Notes under the pieces: model-generated
Databases searched by the model: none
The model's input: the letters and a program-made list of their open reading frames with translations, nothing else
Told to the model about the DNA's origin: nothing
Source of the DNA: Phoronis australis
Lineage: Eukaryota > Animalia > Phoronida
Direction: 5' to 3'
Length of the DNA: 64,000 bases
Assembly (NCBI GenBank): GCA_002633005.1
Contig: NMRA01000129.1
Span: 562,570-626,569, forward strand
Made by a program: the position numbers and the translations under genes
Shown: piece after piece, positions 1 through 11,807 of the stretch
Layout of the letters: each line of letters opens with the position of its first letter
How positions within the stretch are numbered: the first letter of the stretch is position 1

Positions 1-525
1 GTCATCCCTTGTTCACTGTCTCGCAGGCCAGGAAACCTAACGTCCCATGACGGAAACCATCCCCGCACTCTTTTCGTTTCATATTGTTGCTTTGATTCTT
101 CCTGAACTCGTTTTTTTAGCATCTGGACGGCTTCCTTGTTTGGACGTTTTGCCAGAGTGCAGACGATCAGTAGTATCACGTGACAACTTATTCAGAAACT
201 GCAGGGCACGTTCAGAGAATCGAAAGGATTTGACCGCGGGTGTCATCTGTGCATGCTGCAGCACACTCGTTCTATTTTCCTTTCGGTGCTCATTCGAAGA
301 CGGGAGTTTCTTTGACGGCCACACGAGCTTTTATCGATGGTTTTTAGGCTTGTGTTGGGGTTCGTTACTTCGGAGCAAATGTCAAGCAGACAATCTTAGG
401 ATCTGCTTGCCTATACGGCCAGCTTTTTAACTTGCCCATCGGGCAAGTACTTTTCAAATTCCACTTGCCCGACGCAAAATCTACATGTACACGGGCAATC
501 GGGCAACCGTTAGTGTTGAGCCCTG
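1..525 (-). mobile_element. Degenerate hAT-type DNA transposon end with a ZNF862/TTF-like transposase N-terminal remnant, in a VWA8 intron
   Basis: Terminus reads CAGGGCTCAACACTAAC on the minus strand from 525. Subterminal TTGCCC/GGGCAA repeats lie at 431-507. A minus frame near 1-115 reads KKRVQEESKQQYETKRVRGWFPSWDVRFPGLRDSEQGMT, resembling the 'R.F..SW...FPWL....GM.C' start of TTF zinc-finger hAT transposases. The other end is outside the window. Confidence 0.5.
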
Positions 526-698
526 CTTTATAAGGCGATGCTAGCTTCAAATGAACACTCAAGTGCCTGCTAAAGATTGTACACAGCATATTTGGCAACA
601 CCTTGTGATCTCATTGACTTTATAAGGCTATGCTAACTTTAAATGAGCACTCAAGTGCTTGCTAAAGATTGTACACAGTTTATTTGGCAACACCTTGT
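526..698. repeat. Diverged direct duplication of about 80 bp
   Basis: ctttataaggc...ttggcaacaccttgt occurs at 526-607 and 618-698. Confidence 0.8.
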
Positions 699-940
699 AA
701 CACAATGTGGTTTCATCTCCGTCGTTTTCAATAATTGTGCAATCTCGAACCTCACACTTAAGGAAAACAAAGAAGAAATATGTTTACCCTCCAAAAGATA
801 TCAAAGGGGTGTTAATCCAAAAATATATTAACCAGTAATTTAACTAACATACTGAATCAAGAGCAATTAATGCTTTGTGTAAGGATCTCCCCAGTAGCCA
901 CCCTGCATGTACACAATACAATAATGTAGTTCTTGCTTAC

Positions 941-1051
941 TTGAAACTCATATTCGTTCCTTCTATTTCTTATGGATACACTGGATTCAGAGCCTTGATG
1001 AGTCACTCTTGAGATGGTAAATGACTCTGAGAGCTGGTCAAGTTCAAATTT
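941..1051 (-). CDS. VWA8: VWA8 coding exon 10 (KFELDQ...NEYEFQ)
   Basis: Flanked by tttcag and GTAAGC; 111 nt, phase 0/0; in frame with exon 9. Less conserved region. Confidence 0.75.
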
Positions 1052-1749
1052 CTGAAAACACATTCAGAGCCTTATTTGTGATCAGCGTACTTTATAAGAA
1101 GCCTCTCCCATACACAGAATTGGTTAAACAGCCCATGATGTTGTCTGTTTACAATTTCAATGGACACTCCAAAGAACAACAACAGAGCAGATCTCCAAGA
1201 GAGATAACAACTAAAATGTATAAAATGACCGAGACTTGTTTTGTCCCATCTTTGATACGTCTCTTACTGGTCTCCTCTATCGTTGTTCATTGGAGGACTG
1301 ACAAAAAGTACCGTAAGATTGAGTGGTCCCAAGCAGACAACACTGTCATGCATTTAACCCACAGTATTTGTGCAAATAGTTATAAACACAGACTACACTA
1401 GCAGTAGACAGATATCAATATCTTCTCACTGTTCCTAATAAACATCTGCATAATCTATCCAACACAGATTCAGATATCAAGAATAGTGTAATCAGAATTT
1501 AATATTTGCTTAACCTATTTATAGGTGAAGAGAAACCCCAGTCACACATGTGGTCCACTGGAAGTCGATCAGACTCAAACAAGGTGTGGCAAATAAGTTT
1601 TGAACATCGAGGATATGTTTTGTGAACAGCGACATAAGATTTAAGTCAGAAATTTGGTCTTGCGCCCTGCACATATATCCCTGAAAAACATTTAAATCTA
1701 AACTGAGCAAAAGTGAAAAGTTTCTGAGATAACTGCTACTTTCTGAATA

Positions 1750-1960
1750 ATTTTCATAAATTATTTCTAGACTGTAATGCACTCAATTAATTGGATAAGC
1801 ATTTTCATAAATTATTTCTAGACTGTAATGCACTCAATTGATTGGATAAGCATTTTCATAAATTATTTCTAGACTGTAATGCACTCAATTGATTGGATAA
1901 GCATTTTCATAAATTATTTCTAGACTGTAATGCACTCAATTGATTGGATAAGCATTTTCA
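1750..1960. repeat. 51-bp tandem minisatellite running into an assembly gap
   Basis: Unit attttcataaattatttctagactgtaatgcactcaattgattggataagc, about 4 copies visible. Confidence 0.95.
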
Positions 1961-2538
1961 NNNNNNNNNNNNNNNNNNNNNNNNNNNNNNNNNNNNNNNN
2001 NNNNNNNNNNNNNNNNNNNNNNNNNNNNNNNNNNNNNNNNNNNNNNNNNNNNNNNNNNNNNNNNNNNNNNNNNNNNNNNNNNNNNNNNNNNNNNNNNNNN
2101 NNNNNNNNNNNNNNNNNNNNNNNNNNNNNNNNNNNNNNNNNNNNNNNNNNNNNNNNNNNNNNNNNNNNNNNNNNNNNNNNNNNNNNNNNNNNNNNNNNNN
2201 NNNNNNNNNNNNNNNNNNNNNNNNNNNNNNNNNNNNNNNNNNNNNNNNNNNNNNNNNNNNNNNNNNNNNNNNNNNNNNNNNNNNNNNNNNNNNNNNNNNN
2301 NNNNNNNNNNNNNNNNNNNNNNNNNNNNNNNNNNNNNNNNNNNNNNNNNNNNNNNNNNNNNNNNNNNNNNNNNNNNNNNNNNNNNNNNNNNNNNNNNNNN
2401 NNNNNNNNNNNNNNNNNNNNNNNNNNNNNNNNNNNNNNNNNNNNNNNNNNNNNNNNNNNNNNNNNNNNNNNNNNNNNNNNNNNNNNNNNNNNNNNNNNNN
2501 NNNNNNNNNNNNNNNNNNNNNNNNNNNNNNNNNNNNNN
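1961..2538. other. Assembly gap (N run)
   Basis: Run of n. Confidence 1.
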
Positions 2539-3139
2539 GTCTTGTCCAATATTGTCAAAAACTAAAGTAGCCTGTGAGCAATACTTTTGGCAGCCACCAG
2601 GTGTCTCTGTTCACCATGTGTCTATAATTTCAATGAACATTTTTTTAATTATAAGGATCTATGAATCTCAAACTGTCTCCACGAACTCTTTTATACTACT
2701 ATGTCAAGTGAATATTGGAACTTGTTTATCTTACTCCTCATACTTTTTATTTAAAAATCATCAGTTTTCTTATATGTGTTAACACCAGTTTAATGTTGCA
2801 AAACTACTCAATTCAATAGACTGCAGACAAACAGTTGGCTCAAATCAAGTTGCCCATGACTTGATTAATGGCTTAGTGAACATATTGCACTCTCTTTTTT
2901 GAATTGGGATAAGTTAGGATATATGCCAATTGCATTTTTTTGAGTTTTGATGGCTGAAGTAACCAACCTGTCAACATTAACAGGTCAAAAAATACCACCC
3001 ATTTTTAATGCATCACTTCTTACAGGAACGACCACCCATAATTTGAGTTTTTTTCTGAAGACCACCACCCATGAATTTTTATTTCTACTTCCGTCCCCCC
3101 CCCTCCCACACGGATTTTACTGGAACAGCCCTCAGCCAT

Positions 3140-3406
3140 TTCTGAGATACATGAAGGATGTTCTGAGATACATGTACGATATTCTGAGATACATGTACGA
3201 TGTCCTGGGATACATGTACGATGTTCTGAGAAACATGTACAATGTTCTGAGATACATCTACAATGTTCTGAGATACATGTACGATGTTCTGAGATACATG
3301 TAACTATGATGTTCTGAGATACATGTATGATATTCTGAGATACATGTAACTATGATGTTCTGAGATACATGTATGATGTTCTGAAATACATGTATGATGT
3401 TCTGAA
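3140..3406. repeat. About 21-bp minisatellite (gatgttctgagatacatgtac)
   Basis: About 12 imperfect tandem copies. This explains the repetitive LRYMYDV ORF. Confidence 0.95.
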
Positions 3407-3647
3407 GTTGGCCAAACTTGGGACATTTTCAAAAGTCCTATACAATACCTTAAAACATATTCTATGAGCTTTCCAAATATGGTCGACAGAAATGTACAAT
3501 AGTTTTTCTGGTTATTGACTTGAGAATAATATGATCCTAACTGTAGCGTACACAGGCTCAGTGCACTTTGGGTGAACACTGAATAAAGGTCAGATATGTA
3601 GCAAATGCACACGCATACATTGAATGTAATAACTGGATGATACCAAC

Positions 3648-3861
3648 CTTCAGTGTGTCTTTGACTGCCGTCTGTCCCTCTTTAGCAAGCATGACGTCAT
3701 ATGGGTACAGTCGGTGTATCAGGTCATGCGCTGACACATCTGGAGCTTGATTCTGTATTTGAGCAACTGACACCAGGCTATCCACTGGGAAATCAGGAAG
3801 ACCAAGTGATGTGGATTCATCTGTTAACATGGTGGTGGCAAATGAAAGGAACTGAGATAGC
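3648..3861 (-). CDS. VWA8: VWA8 coding exon 9 (LSQFLSFATTMLTDESTSLGLPDFPVDSL...DTLK)
   Basis: ccgcag acceptor and GTTGGT donor; 214 nt, phase 2/0. The LSFATT..ES..LGLPDFP.DSL motif is typical of VWA8. Confidence 0.92.
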
Positions 3862-4464
3862 CTGCGGAAGTCAAAGAACCAAGATTAGTTGGTCATGAAC
3901 ACTCTTAGAAGAACAACAGAGCAGCATTATATCCTCTTTATCAAGAGCATCGAAACCACTACTGACTTGAGAAAGCTTTAAATGCTCTTTCTGAATTCTT
4001 TATTCAAGGTGACACATAAAATTTCAATTTAATCAATATTTCTTTATGAAGGCAAAAACCATGAAGAATGTTTCATGAACCAAACTGAGGTGAAATATGA
4101 ACCAGGTGTGTAGGTTTGACACACATGCCAATATTTGTTCATTGACCAGCAAAATCTTGATAACCATGGACAGAAGATGGAATTGTTGGGGAAAAAAAAA
4201 TGCGACAACTATCAATCATTAATTCAGGGCAAAGTCCCTCTGACAGTAAAGATTTGAATTGTAAAATTTTAGGGACATGGATAAGGAGCATTATTTATCT
4301 CCTTAAAGAAGTATTATTCCAAACAATACATATTAAGGTAATCACTACCACTCTTAACTAAACGTATTTGTTATGTGAGGAGATGAGACAAGACAGGTTG
4401 GTTTTGATCAAACACAGCAGAGAGGTCATGAAACAGTATCTCACGAGAAATGGTTAAAACCTAC

Positions 4465-4514
4465 CTTTCTTGAGGAACTTTATTAGCAATATCCCTGATC
4501 AGTTGCAGCTGGTC
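4465..4514 (-). CDS. VWA8: VWA8 coding exon 8 (DQLQLIRDIANKVPQE-R)
   Basis: ttacag acceptor and GTAGGT donor; 50 nt, phase 0/2. Bridges exons 7 and 9 in frame. Confidence 0.85.
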
Positions 4515-4871
4515 CTGTAATTTAAAACAGTTAATCAGATATTACATAATGCCAAAGGTGAGAGAAAGGGGAACACCTCCACTAGTTGTCCCTGTGGTCT
4601 CCAGTACAAGAGGCTACCACCTTGTCAATAGACATGACATAATACATAACACAGGATTTGAATTTCAACTTTGATATGTATGTTTAGATTAACATGTACG
4701 TTGTTACTACAATTGTACACTTTTACGAGTACCCTTTTCTGTGTCATAATGTGGGTGAACTAATTTTATCTTATTTTAACGCAACTGAGCAATTTACTAG
4801 ACTAGTATGTTTTTTGTCAATGACCTACTGGACATCAAAAACTTACAGAAACTTTACAAAATACAATTTAC

Positions 4872-5036
4872 CTTGAAAGGCAAAGAAGTAATATTTCGAG
4901 CTTGGAAACGAGATCTCAGAGGTGGGTCTAGTGGATTTCCATGGTAGCGTGGAACAGGAAGTCCTAACGCAATGACACGAAACCTTTCGTCAACACGGAC
5001 AAGTTTCCAGGCGTCTAATTCATTTTTACTATGATC
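4872..5036 (-). CDS. VWA8: VWA8 coding exon 7 (DHSKNELDAWKLVRVDERFRVIALGLPVPRYHGNPLDPPLRSRFQAR...PFK)
   Basis: AAA arginine-finger region LDPPLRSRF; 165 nt; GT-AG. Confidence 0.96.
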
Positions 5037-5715
5037 CTGCAACACAGAGTAATGAAAAATCAAATAAAAACCTTCTGCATCAACTGCAATATAATGTTCC
5101 TATCATGTTCATTCAAAATTAACTTGTCAAAAAGATTACTACAGTTACACAGCCACAGATGACAGACATATTAATTTTATGTATTACGCTCCACAATGAG
5201 ACGTTTAACAATAGTCAAACCAGCTTCGTGTTGCAACAAATCAGACTTTCTCCAAATGTCAATATCAAATGAAATTTATGAATTACACCTTTTTTCGTTT
5301 TAACTAAAACAAAAACTAACAGGAGTTCAAACCATTCAGTTCAAGATAACTATAATTATTAGGCGGATATACACTAAAATCCACTTAAAACACAGCTTTA
5401 AAATTAATCAAGCCATCAATGGCACAAGACTATTTAGATTTCTTGTCATGTGACATCCATCCAGCTACAACAATATAGCATTATGTTTGCTTGCAATTCC
5501 TACAACATGAGTCTCATCAGGGTTCAAATCTTGGCTTTATCAAGACTTTCCATTTGGCTTATTACATTGACAACCTATCTCCCATGCCTCAGATGAACAT
5601 GTTCACGATAGTCTGGTCTTCATAGCCAGTGGCATGTGCAAATTAAACTCTAATTAAGAAGTTAATTGGAACCCAACAATCAACTAGATCAGCTCACCTG
5701 TCTCCCCACACTTAC

Positions 5716-5883
5716 TTGTAGCAGTTTGTCATAACGGTCAGCCGCCACCAGGAACCTTCCATCATCCAGTTGCATCTCGCGATTCTCCAGTAAGTTGTTC
5801 AATACCGGCAAGACATTCCTCTCCGTCTTTTCAATGCCCTCCAGGATCAGGACGCGACCTTCAGTAGCGGCACGGACAGCACA
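5716..5883 (-). CDS. VWA8: VWA8 coding exon 6 (CAVRAATEGRVLILEGIEKTERNVLPVLNNLLENREMQLDDGRFL...KLLQ)
   Basis: Degenerate Walker B region of the first AAA domain; 168 nt; GT-AG. Confidence 0.96.
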
Positions 5884-6275
5884 CTAACAACACAACGGTA
5901 CAGTAAACTTACTATACAGCAGTAAACTTACTATACAGCAATACTTGACTGCTGAAGTGCCATAGGACTTCAGTTGATGACTACAATTTCATCTGTTGGT
6001 ATTCATTCAATAAACATGTATCGTGATGCATAGAAAGTGACAGTTTGACCTGTATAAAACCCATCACCATGAGCTCTAAGTAACATTAATTTGATGCAAA
6101 TTGCCTGCTTACACAACATGGAATAAGAATACGTATAAAAGGATTCTGTTATTGAGAACATCTGCGTGGTTCGGAAGGAAGACTAGTATCCTACACTATA
6201 CACTGCAACACACACAAGCCAATTACTTGGACAGAATGCACAAGTCAACTATTAAACTCTGCTACGTGTTCTCAC

Positions 6276-6386
6276 TTGATCTATGTAATAAGCAGTCCCC
6301 AATCGTATTTCTCGCCGCTGCTTCAAGTCTGTCTCTGTTGTGTCGCGTGAGAGAGACACGTATTCAGCTTCTCTTTGAGTGAGTTC
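6276..6386 (-). CDS. VWA8: Second copy of VWA8 exon 5 (probably an allelic assembly duplicate)
   Basis: Identical 111-nt exon inside a duplicated block of about 400 bp (6070-6466 vs 6497-6894), with an N at 6467. Confidence 0.5.
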
Positions 6387-6703
6387 CTGAAAAAAACATT
6401 TAATTTCCATATATAAACCAAGAGATAATGGACTCCGAGTGGAAATGTTTAGAAAGTAAATGGAGANGGCTTTTTGAACCTTTTGGTTCGATCACGTGAG
6501 CTCTAAGTAACATTAATTTGATGCAAATTGCCTGCTTACACAACATGGAATAAGAATATGTATAAAAAGGATTCTGTTATTGAGAACATCTGCGTGGTTC
6601 GGAAGGAAGACTAGTACCCTGCACTATACACTGCAACACACACAAGCCAATTACTTGGACAGAATGCACAAGTCAACTATTAAACTCTGCTACGTGTTCT
6701 CAC

Positions 6704-6814
6704 TTGATCTATGTAATAAGCAGTCCCCAATCGTATTTCTCGCCGCTGCTTCAAGTCTGTCTCTGTTGTGTCGCGTGAGAGAGACACGTATTCAGCTTCT
6801 CTTTGAGTGAGTTC
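6704..6814 (-). CDS. VWA8: VWA8 coding exon 5 (ELTQREAEYVSLSRDTTETDLKQRREIRLGTAYYIDQ)
   Basis: Conserved LSRDTTETDLKQRREI motif; 111 nt; GT-AG. Confidence 0.95.
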
Positions 6815-7022
6815 CTGAAAAAAACATTTAATTTCCATATATAAACCAAGAGATAATGGACTCCGAGTGGAAATGTTTAGAAAGTAAATGGAGAAATGAT
6901 TGAAATGGGAACTAGAAAATTTAATGCAAAACTGCAAAAAAACAAGAGAATTCAAATGAGTTAAGCTTGAGAACGATAACTAAATGACAACTGATAGTGA
7001 CCAAGAATACGAAAACACTAAC

Positions 7023-7097
7023 CAGGTACATAAGGGCAATAGCTCGTCTCAGAGGGCCTGGAGGTCCAATCAGAAAAACATCTTGGCCAAGAAGGTC
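7023..7097 (-). CDS. VWA8: VWA8 coding exon 4 (DLLGQDVFLIGPPGPLRRAIALMYL)
   Basis: Degenerate Walker A (GPPGPLRR), diagnostic of the first AAA domain of VWA8; 75 nt. Confidence 0.96.
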
Positions 7098-7329
7098 CTG
7101 AAACAAAAACATTTCGTGAAGTAAATACGGCGAGAAAATTGTCAATTACATTATGAAGTTAGTGTCTACAACACATACTTAGAGAACAAGGAAAATAAAA
7201 CCTATGTAATATCATTACCATACTGGTGTTCAGTTACCACTTGATCAGTAACCTTTGCAATGCATGGCAAACACTTACCATAGTACTATACCGTACATTA
7301 ATCAATTTACAAAATAGATTGTTAATATG

Positions 7330-7490
7330 AGTCAGCCTCAGGATAATGATTAGTGTTATGGACTCGCAACTGAAAGTTTGAGCGTTTAATCCCCAGTAGC
7401 CATGCAGTTAAGCCCTTGAGCAAGGCAGTTAACCTGCGTTAGCTCAGTCAGTTCAACTGTAAGAATGAGTAGCAGTCATGGCAAGGATCT
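7330..7490 (+). mobile_element. Old tRNA-derived SINE fragment
   Basis: Decayed B-box-like gtttaatcccc followed by a cccttgagcaaggc core, similar to the SINE at 23601-23837. Confidence 0.4.
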
Positions 7491-8007
7491 GAAGTAAATT
7501 GCAGTGGACCAATGTCCTGAATGACTCTCACCCACTCATACTGCAAAAGAACAGAGTTTGCAGACAGGACAATGAGTCTTGATTGCTTGTGACGGAAGGA
7601 TTTGCAAGTTAGAGCATTTCACTGATAAATGGGCAAATGTTTTAACAGTAAGCAATCCCTGAGGTGTGGGTGTGAACAGTGAATGTTCCACTAATATATA
7701 TGAATTAGTTATAGTCATGTGAAATAATATAAATGACACGTTTCTGTTTGTGTGGCATGCAGAAATTTATAACGACAAACACTTACAGAAACAATTAGTG
7801 CATTGTGCCAAGACCACCTGTCTAAGGTAACACATCACCAAAGGGTTCACTCTAGAGGTGGCGTCAGTCACTACCAATTCTACTAAGCAACATAGCAAAG
7901 GCAAACATTTAGTATAAACCTGACAGACAGTAATGCTACAGTTATTAAATCCTTGGCTGAAAGTCAAAGAAATTGATAAGCCTGCTTTTTATTACAGATA
8001 TAGTTAC

Positions 8008-8063
8008 CTTTTGCATTATCCATTTCAAGTCTCGTAACACTGACTGAGGAATGACTTCAGGCA
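8008..8063 (-). CDS. VWA8: VWA8 coding exon 3 (L-PEVIPQSVLRDLKWIMQK)
   Basis: QSV...L.WIMQK motif; 56 nt, phase 1/0. Confidence 0.93.
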
Positions 8064-8512
8064 CTAAAAATGAAACAGATCATTCATATTAGCTCATACA
8101 CTTACTGAATACAGCAGGCTTTTTAACGGTTCTTCATACATATGCCGAGACTGGTGCATTATGGTACACTTGTATGAAATTCCCATTGCATTTATGGACA
8201 TGTTTCCCAAAATTTGTCATTCGAAGTATATGTAGAACGGCAGTAAAAAGGTCGAGGTCAAGAATTATTCTCTTAATGATTTGCATCTGTCCAATCGATA
8301 AAATAAGTTCTGAAGTCACACAATTTTTAAATTTTTAAAAAGGCTTTCGGTTTTCCACTATTGCACTGTGGCCAAAGTACGGAAGTAGGGCAGCTAAGCA
8401 GCAGTTTTGGTTTGTTAAACTAACTCAAAAAAATTGACTCATCTTAGTAAGGAGTTGGCCAATTTTAGGCCTGCAAAACAGCACATTATGTCTTTGAAAC
8501 CTAACTACTTAC

Positions 8513-8593
8513 AGTATTTGACTGGAACCAGCTCGGGATTCTTAGCATTTTGAACAGCTATACTGGTCTCTCCAATAGAAACTTTGCCATCAG
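8513..8593 (-). CDS. VWA8: VWA8 coding exon 2 (S-DGKVSIGETSIAVQNAKNPELVPVKY)
   Basis: V.IG......KNPELVP..Y motif; 81 nt, phase 1/1. Confidence 0.92.
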
Positions 8594-9120
8594 CTGAAAT
8601 GTTAAGTAAATAACATTGTAAGTGACCAAAACCTTGATTAAAAGTGTTGCAATGAGATATCATTAAATCATGTAAAATGAAATCACTTTCGTAACATTCC
8701 TACACTCAACCATATTTATACACCTGTACTGCATCCAGAGGGGAAAAAGACATGTCCCCAATTTGTGCTGCCTTCTAAACAAGACTGGCTGACAGGTGAT
8801 CTACCTCCACAATCCCTGTTAGACCCCCGCACATTAAATGAGCAAACACAAGAACCTTTCTGACCGAAATCGGGATTAGTGTAGATTTTGTTCAAGATGA
8901 AAGAATGTGAAGATATCGATGGTTTCACAGGTCAACACATGAAAATTATGTGGTATTTCAAACTTTAATGGTTATTAAGCCAGTACTAGAGTAATTTTCC
9001 AAAAATGCTTCTGGTATTCAGGGGTGGGGCAGTTGATGTGTGCTAGCTTCAACAAAAACGTATGCGACACTACTAGGCCTAGGATCAGTGGGGGAGGCAA
9101 TGTCACAGCATGACTTTAAC

Positions 9121-10049
9121 TAGGCAATGACCATCGCCTCTGTTGGCCCGAACCAGAGGCGATGCAGAGGCTATAGGCGCTCTGTACGCCGGAAGCTTTT
9201 CGGCGAATTACGCCTCGCACCGACTAAACCATCAACGTCACGTTGTTATAAATACCTTTTGCGCATAGAGGAACACCTGAGGCGGTTGTCGATGTGTTCA
9301 ATTCCTTCCAACTCGAACAAATACTCCCATTATCAAACTTTTTCTTCGAGCAGTCCCTATTTCAGTTCCCAAAATCGTGAACTCACCATTTTTATACTGC
9401 GCACGCTCCAATTTTCACCGCGCTCGCTAGGTGATGTGACTTCATGACCTCAATCTTTAAATATGCCAAAGGTGAGCCATTGCAGTCTTGTCATTCAAAT
9501 GTTCATTTCCAAAATACCACCACTTATACTTGTCTTTAACTGGCGTTCCTTGAAACTGATTGTATTTCAATGAATTATTGTTTGTATTTGATAAAAATAA
9601 ATGCTGTTGATATGACATTTAATAGTCATTGTGCACATATTTGACATTTCAATGTTTAACAACACGGCAAATGCACGGCTGGTTCCCGGCAGCACGGACG
9701 CGAAGGGCGGGAACTTCAGCTTTCAAAGTTCGCCGGTAGGTCCGCAACTTCTGACCTTCGGCCTGGTTAAAAAAATGAAAATGTTGATTTCACGATTTTG
9801 GGAACTGAAATATGGACTGCTCGAAGAAAAAGTTTCATAACGGGAGTATTTGTTCGAGTTGGAAGGAATTAAACACATCGACAACCTCCTAAGGTGTTCC
9901 TCTATGCGCAAAAGGTATTTATAACAACGTGACTTTGACGGTTTAGTCGGTGCGAGGCATAATTCGCCGAAAAGCTTCCGGCATACAGAGCGCCTATAGC
10001 CTCTGCATCGCCTCTGGTTCGGGCCAACAGAGGCGATGGTCATTGCCTA
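9121..10049. mobile_element. Non-autonomous DNA transposon with about 270-bp terminal inverted repeats and a 9-bp TSD (Mutator-like by structure)
   Basis: Arms 9121-~9394 and ~9776-10049 are near-identical inverted copies. GACTTTAAC flanks both ends (9112-9120 and 10050-10058). Confidence 0.85.
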
Positions 10050-10367
10050 GACTTTAACTAGAACGGTACTGGTCGGATATAGTGTTCCCTGATTTTGAGA
10101 ACCAGTTTCATTTTGTTATTCAGTGATTGCCTGGTGCTCAACATCAGGAACCGCTATCCAACCAATGTAAAGTCACGTACATCACGGTACATGGCCTTGG
10201 CTTGGGTCGTGGATTTTAAAACCAGTTTGATGTCCATTTCAATCATTGGAGGAAGCTGTTTGTACAAATCCAGGACCTATTGAACTTAACTGGTGGCAGT
10301 AGCAAATTCCGTCGTAATGAAAATACTGAAAGTTTTAAACATAGAGTCAGACCTTCGTACAACTTAC

Positions 10368-10497
10368 AAGACACTGCTCTGTAAGATACCAGTTTAAGCG
10401 GGTTTTCGAAATTCACATTTTTGAAGTTAAGAATTCCTCGTAGATTCTGTAACCTGCGGAGAGATTTCTCGGCATTCATTCGCAACAGAGGAAGCAT
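10368..10497 (-). CDS. VWA8: VWA8 coding exon 1 (MLPLLRMNAEKSLRRLQNLRGILNF...RAVS), probable mitochondrial targeting presequence
   Basis: ATG at 10497, GTAAGT donor, phase 1 matching exon 2. The N-terminus is Arg/Leu-rich and poor in acidic residues. Confidence 0.8.
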
Positions 10498-10522
10498 GGG
10501 GAGTAAAAGACTGAGAGCCGCT

Positions 10523-10531
10523 TGCGCATGC
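10523..10531. promoter_or_regulatory. NRF-1-like element (TGCGCATGC) just upstream of the VWA8 ATG
   Basis: Partial match to YGCGCAYGCGCR about 26 bp from the start codon of a mitochondrial gene. Confidence 0.35.
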
Positions 10532-10926
10532 CGATCACAGACACATATCTTTACTAGCAGAGATAACACTTGCACGGAACCGATCAAAGATCACCTCCAC
10601 TCATGCTTACTGTTGAAAAATCGGAGGAATGTGATTGTTATCTTCATGTGTGAAGAGCTCCCTGACCTCTGTAGACAGTGACTTCTGTCGCTTGCTTGTG
10701 AGGTCGTCGTGTATGCAAATGCAGTGGGTCATTAATCATTGACATTTTACCGATAGTATTTCCGTAATCATCATCAATCTTGTTAATTGTAATCTATTTA
10801 TGCAGTTTGAATATCAGTTTTCATGCATAGCTTACCACTTGGAAGACACCAGCACTCGGGTAACGTCTTCCTGCTACTGAGTCAGTACAGGACCATTGGG
10901 GGCCGGGTGACTACCGGGGAGGGCAA

Positions 10927-10927
<1 letters not shown>

Positions 10928-10981
<54 letters not shown>
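10928..10981. repeat. Poly-C tract next to an N
   Basis: About 54 C; the length is likely unreliable. Confidence 0.9.
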
Positions 10982-11807
10982 NATTAGAGTAATAATTATT
11001 GAAAATTCGGACATAATGAGAAAAAGTATGGGCAGTTCAGCATTCACTGCAAAAATACGAGAAATTTATTACAAGACCAGAATAATTATTGACACTGAGA
11101 AATATATGATTGAATTAATTTTGCCAACAAACGTACAACCGGTGACATTGTGAAATGCTGACATGTGATGTGAATGAATATGTATAAATATAAAGACTGA
11201 TGATATGACAAATGAAAATTATGCAGAAGAGAATAGCACAGGAATTTTTTAAAAATTTGTTTCAGCTTGGGTCGCAAGATGGAAAGGCTAATAAAAGGAA
11301 GAAAAGGCTTACGAACATGAATGGAAAAACAAGATTATATGAAATAAGGTAAGAAAACATTGGTACATAGTAAATGAGAATCAGCTGGCATGTTTCATGG
11401 TAGCTCATTCAAGCTGTCTAGTGGCGGCCGGGTAAGCTTTCATGTACGTCCGGTCCTCGCTCAGGTGGAATTGGTAGGCATGCCCTCTAGACATACCGAT
11501 ATATTCCTTACAGAAAAATACGAATTTTAAAGAAAATATGACAACTCGATATGCAGAAAACTCGAAAGGTTGTACTTGTAGTTTTTATATTGAGTCACCT
11601 TGTTTTTGTTTTACTTGAGTCAAAATCAAGTAATTTTTAATCGGTAACTTTTGACAATTAAAAGTAAATCGTGCGATAATTTTATGTTTCAAGGAATTTG
11701 TATGTAAGTTGCACGCGGAAAAATCAAAATCATTCTACCATTGAATTTGAAGTAACTGTAAACGCGTGTTCCGCACAAGAAAGATGACTTTTGATTTGAA
11801 CCACTAT

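Noticed and set aside
1750-1960. Regular repeats resembling a CRISPR array (also 3140-3406 and 46132-46355)
   Set aside because: The units are contiguous with no unique spacers, there are no cas genes and the context is eukaryotic; these are minisatellites.
1920-2570. Long ORFs of about 210 aa in the ORF track
   Set aside because: They are artefacts of translating the N gap.
9127-10043. Two near-identical 106-aa ORFs on opposite strands
   Set aside because: They are a by-product of the terminal inverted repeats and show no recognisable protein motif.
10926-11153. Poly-proline ORF
   Set aside because: It is the translation of a poly-C tract adjoining an N.
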